Positions 36,678-46,987 of a DNA stretch of 64,000 bases are shown piece after piece (positions within the stretch are counted from its first letter, which is position 1; every line of letters starts with the position of its first letter). This stretch comes from Pseudomonadota bacterium (lineage in GTDB: Bacteria > Desulfobacterota > S145-22). Both the position numbers and the translations under genes were made by a program. The DNA lies in assembly GCA_015493505.1 (NCBI GenBank), contig WGDA01000153.1:1962-65961 (forward strand). Reading direction: 5' to 3'. The notes below the pieces were generated by a model. It made no database searches and was not told where the DNA came from. It saw nothing but the letters and a program-made list of their open reading frames with translations.

Positions 36678-36789
36678 GGTTTGAGAATCATACCACGGAC
36701 GTTGGAAAAGACAACTCGCGGGAGGGGCATAAATTGACAAAATGGGGGACAGAGGGTATGAAATAGCAAACATCTCCGGGAGGTGGCCT

Positions 36790-37446
36790 ATGAAAATCAA
36801 ATGGTATGGACACGCGTCTTTTCTGATTACATCCGATTCCGGCACGAGGATTATCACCGATCCGTATGAGCCGGGCGCCTACGATGGCGGGATTGCCTAT
36901 AAACCGATCGAGGATGCCGCGGAGATCGTGACGGTATCTCATGATCACGCGGACCACAATTATGTTCAGGGGGTTCAGGGATCACCCGCTGTCGTGAAAG
37001 GGCCGGGTGTTCATGAAGCCCATGGGATTTCTTTTAAAGGGGTGGCCACGTATCATGACCCGTCTAAGGGAAAGGAACGGGGAGAAAACACCATGTTCGT
37101 CTTTACCGTGGATGGCGTAACCGTCTGTCACGCGGGGGACCTGGGCCACGTGCTGCCGAAGGAGAAAGTCGAGGAACTGGGCCCGATCGATGTTCTACTG
37201 CTTCCCATAGGCGGGGTATTTACCCTTGACCCCAAAGAAGCGACGGAGGTGATGAACCTGCTGAATCCGAAGATCCTGATTCCCATGCATTACAAAACCC
37301 CCGGCTGCGGGTTTCCCATTGCCAGCGTGGAGGAGTTTCTTGAAGGCAAGCCCTCCGTCGAGCGGGCGGGAACCTCTGAGATCAGTCTTTCACGGGATTC
37401 CCTTCCGGCCCCTGTGCGTGTCACGGTTCTCGATCCCGCGAATTGA
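36790..37446 (+). CDS. MBL-fold metallo-hydrolase
   Basis: HxHxDH motif (SHDHADHN) in a protein of about 218 aa. Start is set at the internal Met after the RBS gggagg. Confidence 0.75.
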   Translation: MKIKWYGHASFLITSDSGTRIITDPYEPGAYDGGIAYKPIEDAAEIVTVSHDHADHNYVQGVQGSPAVVKGPGVHEAHGISFKGVATYHDPSKGKERGENTMFVFTVDGVTVCHAGDLGHVLPKEKVEELGPIDVLLLPIGGVFTLDPKEATEVMNLLNPKILIPMHYKTPGCGFPIASVEEFLEGKPSVERAGTSEISLSRDSLPAPVRVTVLDPAN

Positions 37447-37979
37447 TGAAGCCTCCAGCCGTAAAACTGAAAACCCTTATCGATTCGGAAACGCTGGCCA
37501 GGCGGGTCGCGGAGTTGGGCCGTGAGATATCCGAGGATTACAAGGGAGAATCCCTGTACATCTGCTGTATCCTGAAGGGGGCCTTTGTCTTTGCCGCGGA
37601 TTTGATTCGTCATATCGACTGCCCCCTGCGGGTCGATTTCATGCGGCTGGCCAGCTACGGGAACGCGACGGAATCCAGGGGAAAGGTGAAGATTACCAAG
37701 GATGTGGAGCTTTCATTCGAGGGTTGCCACGTCCTGATCGTGGAGGATATCGTCGATACGGGATACACGATGAAATTCCTGGTGGATCGCCTGAAGCTGC
37801 ACAAGCCGAAGTCCGTTCGTATCTGCGCCATGCTGGACAAGAGGTCCCGCCGGGAGATCGACGTGCCGGTCGATTACGTGGGCTTCACCATCGGAGACGG
37901 GTTCGTGCTGGGGTACGGGCTGGACTACGCGGAGTTTTACCGGGATCTCTCTGATATTTGCGTGATGGAAACCCCATGA
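37443..37979 (+). CDS. hpt: Hypoxanthine phosphoribosyltransferase
   Basis: PRTase motif VLIVEDIVDTGYT together with the HPRT-type LKGAFVFAADL segment. Confidence 0.9.
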   Translation: MMKPPAVKLKTLIDSETLARRVAELGREISEDYKGESLYICCILKGAFVFAADLIRHIDCPLRVDFMRLASYGNATESRGKVKITKDVELSFEGCHVLIVEDIVDTGYTMKFLVDRLKLHKPKSVRICAMLDKRSRREIDVPVDYVGFTIGDGFVLGYGLDYAEFYRDLSDICVMETP

Positions 37980-38554
37980 AGTCGCGTCTCTATCAGACTG
38001 GCCTCCTGGCCGTTTTTTTCTTTGTCTTCACGCTGTTTTCCCCGGTGGCTCCGCCGGGACGCTGTGGCCGGTGCCGGGTCCACCTTCTGACAAACGGGGA
38101 ATATTACTACGCGCTGAAGGACGCCATCGATGGCGCGCGGCATTCAATCTTTATTGCCATCTACCTTTTCAAGACGAGCCGTTATCCCACCAATCGCGCC
38201 ACGGGCATCCTGAACGCCCTGATTCGGGCGGCCAGGCGGGGGGTGCAAGAGACCATTATCATGGAGCGCAGTGATGACCCGGATGACTTCATCAACGTGG
38301 AGAACGCCCACACCGGACGGCGGTTGCAGGAAGCGGGCGCGAAGGTCTTCTGGGACCGCCCGGACCGCAAACTGCATATCAAGACGGTGGTGATTGATCA
38401 CCATCTTGTCTTCATGGGGAGCCACAACCTGACGCACAGCGCCATGAAATATAATCAGGAAATGAGCCTGATGCTCAACGATTCAGTGCTGGCCAATGAG
38501 ATTATCAACAGGATTTCACGGTTTCCGAGGACCCCGTTCAGGGCGATAAAGTGA
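37976..38554 (+). CDS. Phospholipase D-like (single HKD motif, Nuc-like) protein with N-terminal TM/signal segment
   Basis: HIKTVVIDHHLVFMGSHNLT is an HxK...D/GSxN motif. The protein is about 190 aa and its start overlaps the hpt stop. Confidence 0.7.
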   Translation: MKSRLYQTGLLAVFFFVFTLFSPVAPPGRCGRCRVHLLTNGEYYYALKDAIDGARHSIFIAIYLFKTSRYPTNRATGILNALIRAARRGVQETIIMERSDDPDDFINVENAHTGRRLQEAGAKVFWDRPDRKLHIKTVVIDHHLVFMGSHNLTHSAMKYNQEMSLMLNDSVLANEIINRISRFPRTPFRAIK

Positions 38555-40512
38555 AACGTCTCCTTTTTTTGCCGGTTCTCTTTTTTATTGTGATCGCGTG
38601 CGCTCCGCCGGGCTATCGCCGTCCGGCGCGGCCGCCTCAGGCGCCGGCGAAACACGTGGTTTATCCTCCCCCCCGGAACATCGCCCTCTACGAGGAAGGG
38701 CGGGCCGCGTTCCAGGAAGAGAAAACCATCATCGCCCTGGAAAAACTGGACCGGTTCGTTAAGCTGAATCCGTCCAGCGATCTGACGGATGACGCCCTGT
38801 ATCTGATGGGGCAGATCTACCTGAAGCGGGACAACCCTTATGAGGCCCTGCGGTATTTCCAGAAAATCGAGAGAAATTTCCCCGGGAGCAACACGGTTCA
38901 GGAGGCGGTGTACGGTCAGGCGTACTGCTGGTACCGGCTGAAGGATTTGAAACGATCGAAAGAGGCTCTGAAGAGGCTCTTTGCCTTCTCCCCGCTGCCA
39001 AAGCCGCTCTTTATCCGGGCGGAAACACTTAAAGGGCACCTGTGCGTGCTGGAGGGAAAGGCCTCTTGCGGCATCGAGGCATACCTGACCGCGCGGTCCA
39101 AAGCCAGCAACGCCACGGAGATCGCGGTCCTCGACGGGTTTCTGGAAAAGGTGATTTTTGAAATCCGTGACCCCGATACCCTCAGGAGCCTCATGGAGGC
39201 TCACGAGGGCGATATCGCCGGAACGGCTGCGCGGGTCCGGCTATCGGAGATTCTCACGCTCAGGAAGGATTTCAAGGCGGCGAAGGCGCTTCTGCCGCCC
39301 TCCTTTGTGGAGGGCCTCACGGGCGCCCTGCGGCAAAAGGCGGGCAAGATTCTATCGGCCCTGCACCGGGCCTTCATCCGGAAGGTTGTCATCGGGTGCC
39401 TCCTGCCCCTCACGGGCCCCCAGGCGCCATTCGGACTCCGGGCTTTGAAGGGGATATTGCTTGCCACCGGGGCGTTTGAAACCACCCCCACGGATGTGGA
39501 CGTAACCCTGCTCGTCCGGGACACGGAGGGGAAGCCGGAAGTGGCAGCGAAGATGGCGAAAGACCTGGTGGAGCGGGGGCACGTCCAGGCGATTGTGGGC
39601 CCCATGTTCCTGAAAACGACCCGGGCGGCGGTGGATCAACTGCGCTCATCTCCCGTTCCCGTGATCAGCCTGTCCCAGGCGGACGGCGTGCCGGAGCTGG
39701 GACCGTTTGTTTTCAGGAATTGCCTCACACCTGATCAACAGGTCGAGAGGCTGGCGCGTTTTCTGATTCAGACCCTGCATGATCGAACCGCGGCGATCCT
39801 GTACCCCCATAACCCCTTTGGCATGAGGTACATGAAGCTGTTCTGGGAAGCGTTCGAAAAAATGGGCGGAGAGATCCGGGGCGCCGAATCGTACCTGCCC
39901 ACCGATACGGACTTTGGCACCCCCATCAAAAAGCTGGTGGGGCTGTACGATACCAAGGCGCGGTGGGAACGGGGAGACGAGCCGGACAAGGAGGGAAAAT
40001 TTCCCCCCGTTATCGATTTCAAGATCCTCTTTATTCCTGATATCTACAGCCGCGTGGTCCTGATTGCCCCGCAATTGGCCTTCTATGACGTGGTTGGCAT
40101 TACCCTGGCCGGGATCAACACCTGGGATGACCCTCAGTTGATTAAGGAGGGGAATCAGTATGTGCGCGGGTCCGTCTTTACGGACGGATTCTCACCCCTG
40201 TCCGATTCCCCGGCCGTCAAAAAGTTTGTGGGAGATTTTAGGGCGTTTTTTGACGAGACGCCCGAGATTCTGGCCGCCCAGGCCTATGACGCCACCCGGT
40301 TTCTGATCCGCTCGTTCAAGCAGACTTCCGTCGAAGACAGAGAAGCGCTGGAGAAGGCCCTGGAGACAAACACGGGGTATCACGGCGTCTCGGGACTGCG
40401 CTATTTTGACGAAGACGGGGAGGCGATCCGGGACGTCCTGGTTTTGACGGCTACTCGGCACAAGATTGTGCCGATCCCCGCGGCTCCGCTTCAATCCATT
40501 CCCTCCCAGTAA
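38551..40512 (+). CDS. Lipoprotein with N-terminal TPR region and C-terminal periplasmic-binding-protein (type I PBP) fold; LpoA-like
   Basis: Lipobox VIAC after a signal peptide and TPR-like helices. The C-terminal half resembles Leu/Ile/Val-binding proteins. Confidence 0.55.
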   Translation: MKRLLFLPVLFFIVIACAPPGYRRPARPPQAPAKHVVYPPPRNIALYEEGRAAFQEEKTIIALEKLDRFVKLNPSSDLTDDALYLMGQIYLKRDNPYEALRYFQKIERNFPGSNTVQEAVYGQAYCWYRLKDLKRSKEALKRLFAFSPLPKPLFIRAETLKGHLCVLEGKASCGIEAYLTARSKASNATEIAVLDGFLEKVIFEIRDPDTLRSLMEAHEGDIAGTAARVRLSEILTLRKDFKAAKALLPPSFVEGLTGALRQKAGKILSALHRAFIRKVVIGCLLPLTGPQAPFGLRALKGILLATGAFETTPTDVDVTLLVRDTEGKPEVAAKMAKDLVERGHVQAIVGPMFLKTTRAAVDQLRSSPVPVISLSQADGVPELGPFVFRNCLTPDQQVERLARFLIQTLHDRTAAILYPHNPFGMRYMKLFWEAFEKMGGEIRGAESYLPTDTDFGTPIKKLVGLYDTKARWERGDEPDKEGKFPPVIDFKILFIPDIYSRVVLIAPQLAFYDVVGITLAGINTWDDPQLIKEGNQYVRGSVFTDGFSPLSDSPAVKKFVGDFRAFFDETPEILAAQAYDATRFLIRSFKQTSVEDREALEKALETNTGYHGVSGLRYFDEDGEAIRDVLVLTATRHKIVPIPAAPLQSIPSQ

Positions 40513-41202
40513 ATGACGCGCGACCTGACCCATTCCTGGAACCTTTCGACGCAAGAGGCCAGACAGCTTCAGGAGACCCTCGCGGGAAAGGTGCGCCTCT
40601 CTTTTCCCGGGGGGGATGTCCGGTATGTGGCCGGCGCGGATGTTTCTTTCAACCGGTTTTCTCCCGTCCTTTACGCGGGAATTGTGGTGCTGACCTACCC
40701 GGAGCTGCGGGTGGTGGAGGAGCAGTGGGTGGCGACTCGAACCGCCTTTCCTTACATCCCCGGCTATCTCAGCTTTCGGGAGGCGCCGGCCGTCCTTGCC
40801 GCCTTTGAGAAGGTGCGTCAGCGCCCCGACGTGATGATACTGGACGGACAGGGCATTGCTCATCCCAGAGGGTTGGGGCTTGCCTCGCACGTGGGGCTGA
40901 TTTTGGATTTGCCAACCATTGGATGCGCCAAGTCTCTCCTTGTGGGGGAGTTCTCTCCCCCCTCTCCGGAGAAAGGGGCGACCTCCCAATTGCGCTATGA
41001 CGGCAAGGTGGTCGGCGTGGTCTTGCGTACACGCGAACGCGTCAAGCCGGTGTTCGTCTCGCCGGGCCATCTGATGGACCTAAGGCATGCCACGGAAATC
41101 GTGCTGCGGTGCTGCCTGAAATTCCGGATTCCTGAGCCGACGCGCCAGGCGCACCGCCTTGTGAACCGGGTGAGAAGAGAAGATGGCCCCCGCGGCGCGT
41201 AG
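40513..41202 (+). CDS. nfi: Endonuclease V
   Basis: Contains GADVSF, YIPGYLSFREAP and LDGQGIAHPRGLGLASHVG, which are EndoV signatures. Confidence 0.88.
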   Translation: MTRDLTHSWNLSTQEARQLQETLAGKVRLSFPGGDVRYVAGADVSFNRFSPVLYAGIVVLTYPELRVVEEQWVATRTAFPYIPGYLSFREAPAVLAAFEKVRQRPDVMILDGQGIAHPRGLGLASHVGLILDLPTIGCAKSLLVGEFSPPSPEKGATSQLRYDGKVVGVVLRTRERVKPVFVSPGHLMDLRHATEIVLRCCLKFRIPEPTRQAHRLVNRVRREDGPRGA

Positions 41203-41977
41203 GTACAAACTGATTCTTTCCTATGACGGCGCGGGATACCATGGCTGGCAGAAACAGCCGGGGAAGGCCAACGCGACTGTCCAGGGGACCCTGGAGGCGG
41301 CGTTGCTCAGGCTGTTTGGCGAGGATGTGACCATTACGGGGAGCGGGCGCACGGATACAGGCGTTCACGCCCTGGGGCAGGTGGCGCACATGGATTTAAG
41401 GGTCCCGGTCACCCCATCAGAATTGCAGGCCGCCCTGAATGGCCAGCTTCCGCCCGATATCCGGGTGCGGCACGTGGCGCGTGTTTCAAACGATTTCCAC
41501 GCCCGTTACAGCGCCACGCGGCGGGCCTACGCCTACCTGATTCATCGGACCCGCCTTCCCTCCCCTTTTCTGGCGCGATACACCCTGGCGTGTTCTTTTC
41601 CGCTTGACGTGGATGCCCTGGCGGATGCCTCGGCCCGCCTGGTCGGTACACACGATTTTTCCGCCTTCCGCGCCACGGGTGGGGGGCGCACGTTACCTAC
41701 CCGGACGATCTATCGGTCGGAAATCCTGGAACTCTCGGAGGATTTCCTGTGCTACCTTGTGGTGGCAGACGCCTTCCTCAGGAAAATGGTGCGGGGGATC
41801 GTGGGGACGCTTCTTGAAATCGGCAGGGGAAAGGTACCGCCAGACAGGATGACGCGGCTCCTGGACACGGGGGACCGGAGCCTGCTGAGTCCTCTGGCGC
41901 CTCCCCAGGGGTTGTACCTTGTTGCCGTTGCTTACCCGGATGGATTGGAAACCGATGGAGGAGACCCCGTTGGATGA
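41183..41977 (+). CDS. truA: tRNA pseudouridine(38-40) synthase
   Basis: Catalytic-Asp context GSGRTDTGVHALGQV in a 264-aa protein. Confidence 0.9.
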   Translation: MAPAARRYKLILSYDGAGYHGWQKQPGKANATVQGTLEAALLRLFGEDVTITGSGRTDTGVHALGQVAHMDLRVPVTPSELQAALNGQLPPDIRVRHVARVSNDFHARYSATRRAYAYLIHRTRLPSPFLARYTLACSFPLDVDALADASARLVGTHDFSAFRATGGGRTLPTRTIYRSEILELSEDFLCYLVVADAFLRKMVRGIVGTLLEIGRGKVPPDRMTRLLDTGDRSLLSPLAPPQGLYLVAVAYPDGLETDGGDPVG

Positions 41978-42434
41978 CGTTTTTTTCATGAGGCAAGCGC
42001 TGATGATGGCCCGAAAAGCGGCACGGTACCAGGAGGTTCCCGTGGGGGCCGTTATCACGCACGAAAACAGGATAATCGCCATGGCGCACAACCTGACACG
42101 CACCCTTCGGGACCCGACGGCGCACGCAGAGCGGGTGGCCATCCAGCGGGCGGCGGAAACCCTGGGGGACTGGCGGTTGGTGGGATGCACCCTGTATGTG
42201 ACCGTGGAGCCATGTCTTCAGTGCGCCGGCGCCTGCGTTCTGTCCCGGGTTTCAAGGCTGGTTTTTGGTTGCAGGGACCCCAAGATGGGCGCGGTGGTTT
42301 CCCTTTACCGCCTTTGTTCGGATGAGCGCCTGAACCATCTGGTGGAGATAACGGAAGGGGTACTGGCGCGGGAGGCGGAGGCCCTGATGCGCGCCTTTTT
42401 CAAAAAGCTGCGGCAATCAACTTCCGAGAGGTGA
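41955..42434 (+). CDS. tadA: tRNA adenosine(34) deaminase
   Basis: CMP/dCMP deaminase zinc motifs HAE and PCLQCAGA. Start is set at the internal Met; the ORF track begins at 41919. Confidence 0.85.
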   Translation: MEETPLDDVFFMRQALMMARKAARYQEVPVGAVITHENRIIAMAHNLTRTLRDPTAHAERVAIQRAAETLGDWRLVGCTLYVTVEPCLQCAGACVLSRVSRLVFGCRDPKMGAVVSLYRLCSDERLNHLVEITEGVLAREAEALMRAFFKKLRQSTSER

Positions 42435-42573
42435 TACGCTCCTTTTTCAGATTTTCTTGAAATTTTTCCTCGTAAATGGTAGAGATGCTCATCAGGAAAG
42501 GCGATGAAGTCCGCCTCTAAACGCCAGCAGGCTGATGACTTCTTGCCGTGAAAAAGCGGGAAAGGAGGCCGTC

Positions 42574-43404
42574 ATGCCTGATCCGACACTTGTTGAACGC
42601 ACCTGCCAATATGTCCTTGAACGCCAATGCCAGTCAGGAGGTTTTTGTTTTTACCGCCTGGAAGAACCCAACGGGGCGGATACCTTTTATGCCCTCGCGA
42701 CGCTGCACCTGTTGGGGAGAAAGATTTCCTCTGAGGAGACCAGCCGGTTTCTGGAGGCCACCCAGAAAGAAGACGGGACGTTTGACAACCTGTATCAGGC
42801 GTATTACACTATTCAGGGTCTCGGGTATCTGAACAGGCCCTTGAAGCGGGATCCCCGGCCCTTTTTGGAGACCGTAATCAACCGTTTCCCCGTTGAGAAC
42901 GCCACGCTGGAGACACAACTGAAGCGCCTCGATATCCTGACCGATCTCTGCGCGGACCTCTGCGTGGAAATTCCTCCCAAAAGGCGGGAGTCGATGATTG
43001 ATTTCATCCTTTCCTACCGCAACGCCGACAAGGGGTTCGGCACGCCCTATTCCAGCCTGTTATCTACTTCTTACGCCCTGTCCTGCCTGGGAAAACTATC
43101 CTACCCGGTGTCCGGCCTGGAAGCGGACCGGTTTCTTCAGGCGTGCGAAAACCCTATTCACGGTTTTCTGGATGTGCCCGACATGGCCCCATCTTTTCTG
43201 GAACATATCCTGGCGGGTGCCGTTGCGTCGCGCGTGTTGGGGTATCGTCCCAGGTATCTGGATACGTGCCAGCAGTTTGTCACGCATTGCCAAAGCACGA
43301 ATGGCGGATTTTCCCGTTCACCGGGGGGGCTGCCCAGCCTTCAGGATACCTACCGGGCCATCCTGGCGCTGATTCACCTCGAGGCCATCGTCTCCGGGAC
43401 TTGA
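42574..43404 (+). CDS. Prenyltransferase/squalene-oxidase repeat (alpha-alpha toroid) protein
   Basis: Repeated QxxxGGF-like segments (QCQSGGFCFY, TNGGFSRS). Start is set at the ATG after the RBS ggaaaggagg; the ORF track begins at 42535. Confidence 0.45.
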   Translation: MPDPTLVERTCQYVLERQCQSGGFCFYRLEEPNGADTFYALATLHLLGRKISSEETSRFLEATQKEDGTFDNLYQAYYTIQGLGYLNRPLKRDPRPFLETVINRFPVENATLETQLKRLDILTDLCADLCVEIPPKRRESMIDFILSYRNADKGFGTPYSSLLSTSYALSCLGKLSYPVSGLEADRFLQACENPIHGFLDVPDMAPSFLEHILAGAVASRVLGYRPRYLDTCQQFVTHCQSTNGGFSRSPGGLPSLQDTYRAILALIHLEAIVSGT

Positions 43405-43519
43405 AAGGGACCCCGGTCCAATCCCAGTGCCTTTTAGGTTGGGACTATCAGGGCGCGAAACGGGAACTGGCAGGGACAATGCCGTGGGTCATAGGGCCCG
43501 TCATAAAAAAGAAAACGCG

Positions 43520-43687
43520 CAAGGGATGATGGTTTCGCAAGAAGTCAGAATTAGAAGGCAAAGTAAAAAGCTTCAAGTTCAAGGAGCGTAATTCCTGAGG
43601 AATGAGGCGACCTTGAAGGTCGTTGCAATGATTCACCCTGTTAAATCTCGCGAAGCGAGACGGCAAAGCCGATTTAACAGGGCAGGG
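43520..43687 (-). repeat. Copy 2 of the structured repeat, inverted relative to copy 1
   Basis: 43557-43640 is the reverse complement of 103-186 at about 95% identity, and 43641-43687 matches element B. Confidence 0.6.
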
Positions 43688-43807
43688 GACGCAGCGCGAC
43701 ACAGAAATTGGACTTTTTACGAAGCCGTCAGGGTTGATTTCGCGCGATTTTTGTGCAATAAAGTAACAAGCCTAATTTCCTTTTTTAAATAAATTTCAGG
43801 AGAGTGC

Positions 43808-43836
43808 TTGACAAGAGTTTTTTTTTTGAGTATATA
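43808..43836 (+). promoter_or_regulatory. Sigma70-type promoter of the tRNA/tuf cluster
   Basis: TTGACA, a 17-nt T-rich spacer, and TATATA, about 24 nt upstream of tRNA-Thr. Confidence 0.5.
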
Positions 43837-43859
43837 GTGAAATTCAATGGGCTGTGAGC

Positions 43860-43935
43860 GCTGGCGTAGCTCAATCGGTAGAGCAGCTGATTTGTAATCA
43901 GCAGGTTGCGGGTTCGAGTCCCATCGCCAGCTCCA
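43860..43935 (+). tRNA. tRNA-Thr (anticodon UGU)
   Basis: Cloverleaf with GTTCGAGTC T-arm and anticodon loop tttgtaa. Confidence 0.85.
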
Positions 43936-43951
43936 TAAGAGGGAGTTTCAT

Positions 43952-44036
<85 letters not shown>

Positions 44037-44040
44037 CGAC

Positions 44041-44117
44041 GCGGGAATAGCTCAGTTGGCTAGAGCATCAGCCTTCCAAGCTGAGGGTCGCGGGTTCGAG
44101 TCCCGTTTCCCGCTCCA
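44041..44117 (+). tRNA. tRNA-Gly (anticodon UCC)
   Basis: Anticodon loop cttccaa with a GGTTCGAGTCC T-arm. Confidence 0.85.
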
Positions 44118-44135
44118 TAAGGTAAGATAGTGAGG

Positions 44136-44209
44136 CCCACGTAGCTCAGGGGTGGAGCACTTCCTTGGTAAGGAAGAGGTCATCGGTTCAATCCCGATCG
44201 TGGGCTCCA
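44136..44209 (+). tRNA. tRNA-Thr (anticodon GGU)
   Basis: Anticodon loop ttggtaa, acceptor stem gcccacg pairing with cgtgggc, and CCA end. Confidence 0.85.
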
Positions 44210-44291
44210 TGGTTTGAAAAAAATTAGGGTGTTGAGATATAAGACATACAGAAAAAGAGTTTAACGTTTAATTTTCAAAGGGGGAACAGGC

Positions 44292-45482
44292 ATGGCGAAG
44301 CAGAAATACGAGAGGACGAAGCCGCACGTAAACATAGGGACGATAGGGCATGTGGATCATGGGAAGACCACCTTAACGGCGGCGATCACCAAGATACTGG
44401 CGGAGAAGGGCAAAGCGGACTTTGTGCCGTTTGACGAGATAGACAAGGCGCCGGAAGAGCGGGAGCGTGGGATCACCATCGCCACAGCGCACGTGGAATA
44501 TGAGACCGACAAGCGGCACTACGCGCACGTAGACTGTCCTGGGCACGCCGACTACATCAAAAACATGATCACCGGGGCGGCGCAGATGGACGGAGCGATT
44601 CTGGTTGTCAGTGCTGCGGATGGCCCCATGCCCCAGACCCGGGAGCACATCCTTCTGGCCAGGCAGGTAGGCGTTCCCTACATCGTCGTCTACTTAAACA
44701 AAGCCGACATGGTTGACGACCCCGAACTGCTCGAGCTGGTTGAACTGGAAGTACGGGAGTTACTCAGCAGCTACGACTTCCCCGGGGACGACATACCCAT
44801 CATCGTGGGCAGTGCCTTAAAGGCCCTGGAGGGAGACAAGGGAGAATACGGCGAGCAATCCATCTTCAAGCTGTTAGACGCCATAGACGAATACATCCCC
44901 GAGCCGCAGCGAGACATCGACAAACCCTTCCTGATGCCGATAGAAGACGTCTTCAGCATCAGTGGGCGTGGGACCGTGGTAACGGGGAGAGTCGAGCGTG
45001 GCGTCATCAAAGTGGGAGACGAAGTGGAGATCGTTGGGATTCGCCCGACCCAGAAAACCGTCTGCACCGGTGTGGAAATGTTCCGAAAGATCCTGGATCA
45101 GGGGCAGGCTGGGGACAACATTGGCGTCTTGCTAAGGGGCATCAAGCGGACCGAAGTTGAGCGTGGGCAGGTTGTGGCGCAGCCTGGGAGCATCACCCCG
45201 CACACCCATTTCATGGGAGAGGTATACGTCTTGACCAAGGAAGAAGGTGGGCGGCACACCCCGTTTTTCAATGGGTATCGTCCGCAGTTTTACTTTCGGA
45301 CCACGGACGTGACGGGAGTAGTGACCTTGCCGGAGGGTGTGGAGATGGTGATGCCCGGAGACAACGTAACGATCGAAGTAAAGCTCATCACCTCCATAGC
45401 GATGGAAGATGGGTTACGGTTTGCGATACGGGAAGGTGGCCGGACGGTTGGCGCCGGGGTCATCAGTAAAATTATTGAATAG
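44292..45482 (+). CDS. tuf: Elongation factor Tu
   Basis: [10 protein letters not shown] and DCPGHADY motifs in a 396-aa protein. Confidence 0.98.
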   Translation: MAKQKYERTKPHVNIGTIGHVDHGKTTLTAAITKILAEKGKADFVPFDEIDKAPEERERGITIATAHVEYETDKRHYAHVDCPGHADYIKNMITGAAQMDGAILVVSAADGPMPQTREHILLARQVGVPYIVVYLNKADMVDDPELLELVELEVRELLSSYDFPGDDIPIIVGSALKALEGDKGEYGEQSIFKLLDAIDEYIPEPQRDIDKPFLMPIEDVFSISGRGTVVTGRVERGVIKVGDEVEIVGIRPTQKTVCTGVEMFRKILDQGQAGDNIGVLLRGIKRTEVERGQVVAQPGSITPHTHFMGEVYVLTKEEGGRHTPFFNGYRPQFYFRTTDVTGVVTLPEGVEMVMPGDNVTIEVKLITSIAMEDGLRFAIREGGRTVGAGVISKIIE

Positions 45483-45514
45483 TCTGAAGTCAGGGCTGTT
45501 TTGGAGAACAGAGG

Positions 45515-45664
45515 ATGAGAATTACCGTTCATTTGAGCTGTACGGAATGCAAGAGGCGGAATTACAGCACGACCAAGAATAAGCGGACGACCACCGAGAA
45601 GCTGGAAATGAAGAAATACTGCCGGTTTTGCAGGAAACACACCCTTCACAAGGAGGTTAAGTAG
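45515..45664 (+). CDS. rpmG: 50S ribosomal protein L33
   Basis: [49 protein letters not shown] (49 aa). Too short to appear in the ORF track. Confidence 0.85.
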   Translation: MRITVHLSCTECKRRNYSTTKNKRTTTEKLEMKKYCRFCRKHTLHKEVK

Positions 45665-45739
45665 GCCAGTAGCTCTAACGGATAGAGCGCCGGACTCCAA
45701 ATCCGGATGTTGGGGGTTCGAATCCCTCCTGGCCTGCCA
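45663..45739 (+). tRNA. tRNA-Trp (anticodon CCA)
   Basis: Anticodon loop ctccaaa, with acceptor stem aggccag pairing with ctggcct. Confidence 0.85.
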
Positions 45740-45753
45740 TCAGCGGGGATAAG

Positions 45754-45948
45754 ATGATTAAACCGAAAGAAATCAAGCAGTTTTTGAGGGAAGTCAAGGT
45801 TGAACTGAAGAAGGTCACGTGGCCTTCGAGAAAAGAGACGATCTCGGCGACGACTGTGGTCCTGGTTGTGACCTTTATTACCGCGTTTTACCTCGGCCTG
45901 GTGGATATTATCCTGTCAAAACTCGTGAAGTTGTTTCTCAGCCTATAA
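45754..45948 (+). CDS. secE: Preprotein translocase subunit SecE
   Basis: 64 aa with a single C-terminal TM helix. Located between tRNA-Trp and nusG. Confidence 0.85.
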   Translation: MIKPKEIKQFLREVKVELKKVTWPSRKETISATTVVLVVTFITAFYLGLVDIILSKLVKLFLSL

Positions 45949-45984
45949 ACACTGGTTAAAGTTTTTCAGGGAGCAATAAATAAT

Positions 45985-46515
45985 ATGGCGAAAGGATGGT
46001 ATGTCGTTCATACCTATTCCGGATACGAATTGAAGGCCAAAGAGGGGCTTGAGAACCGTATCAAACAGGAGGGAATGGAGGATTATTTTTCCGAGATACT
46101 CGTTCCGACGGAAACGGTCGTGTCGGTGGTTAAAGGGCAGCGGAAGACTTCCCAGAGGAAAATTTATCCCGGTTACATTATTGTCCAGATGGAGATGAAC
46201 GAAAAGACGTGGCACCTGGTGAAGGACACGCCGAAGATTATCGGATTTGCCGGCAACAGCCAGAATCCCAAGCCCATGTCGGAGCGGGAAGTCGCTTCCC
46301 TGATGAAACAGATCCACGAGGGAGCCAGCCGGGTGAAACCCAAGCTGGATTATTCCGAGGGCGACCTGCTGAAGATTATCGACGGGCCCTTCAGCGGTTT
46401 CACGGGAACCATTGATGAAATTAACCCGGACAAGCGGAAGCTTCGGGTCCTCGTGAGTATCTTCGGGCGGTCCACGCCGGTGGAGCTGGAGTTTTCCCAG
46501 GTTGAGAAGGCCTGA
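45985..46515 (+). CDS. nusG: Transcription termination/antitermination factor NusG
   Basis: NGN domain plus KOW domain in a 176-aa protein. Confidence 0.92.
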   Translation: MAKGWYVVHTYSGYELKAKEGLENRIKQEGMEDYFSEILVPTETVVSVVKGQRKTSQRKIYPGYIIVQMEMNEKTWHLVKDTPKIIGFAGNSQNPKPMSEREVASLMKQIHEGASRVKPKLDYSEGDLLKIIDGPFSGFTGTIDEINPDKRKLRVLVSIFGRSTPVELEFSQVEKA

Positions 46516-46555
46516 TAGAAAAGAGGCTGTAAAAATAACAAGGAAAGGGTAGAAA

Positions 46556-46978
46556 ATGGCTAAAAAGGTTATTGGAATGATAAAATTGCAGATACCTGGC
46601 GGACAGGCTTCTCCGTCACCACCCGTGGGGCCGGCCCTGGGCCAGCATGGCGTGAATATCATGGAGTTTTGCAAGGCGTTCAACGCGAAGACACAGAATG
46701 ACGCGGGAACCATCATTCCCGTGGTGATCACAGTGTACGCGGATCGTTCTTTCAGTTTTCAGATAAAAACCCCGCCGGCGTCTTTTCTGCTGAAGCAGGC
46801 CGCCAAGATCGCCAAGGGGTCCGGCGAGCCGAACCGGAACAAGGTGGGAAAGGTGACGAAAGACCAGGTCAAGGAAATCGCGGAGAAAAAGATGCCGGAC
46901 CTGAACTGCAAGGACCTGGAAGGCGCGATCAAGGTAATCGAAGGGACCGCCAGAAGCATGGGGATAGAAATCGTTTAG
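46556..46978 (+). CDS. rplK: 50S ribosomal protein L11
   Basis: N-terminus [40 protein letters not shown]. Confidence 0.95.
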   Translation: MAKKVIGMIKLQIPGGQASPSPPVGPALGQHGVNIMEFCKAFNAKTQNDAGTIIPVVITVYADRSFSFQIKTPPASFLLKQAAKIAKGSGEPNRNKVGKVTKDQVKEIAEKKMPDLNCKDLEGAIKVIEGTARSMGIEIV

Positions 46979-46987
46979 GAGCGGAAG

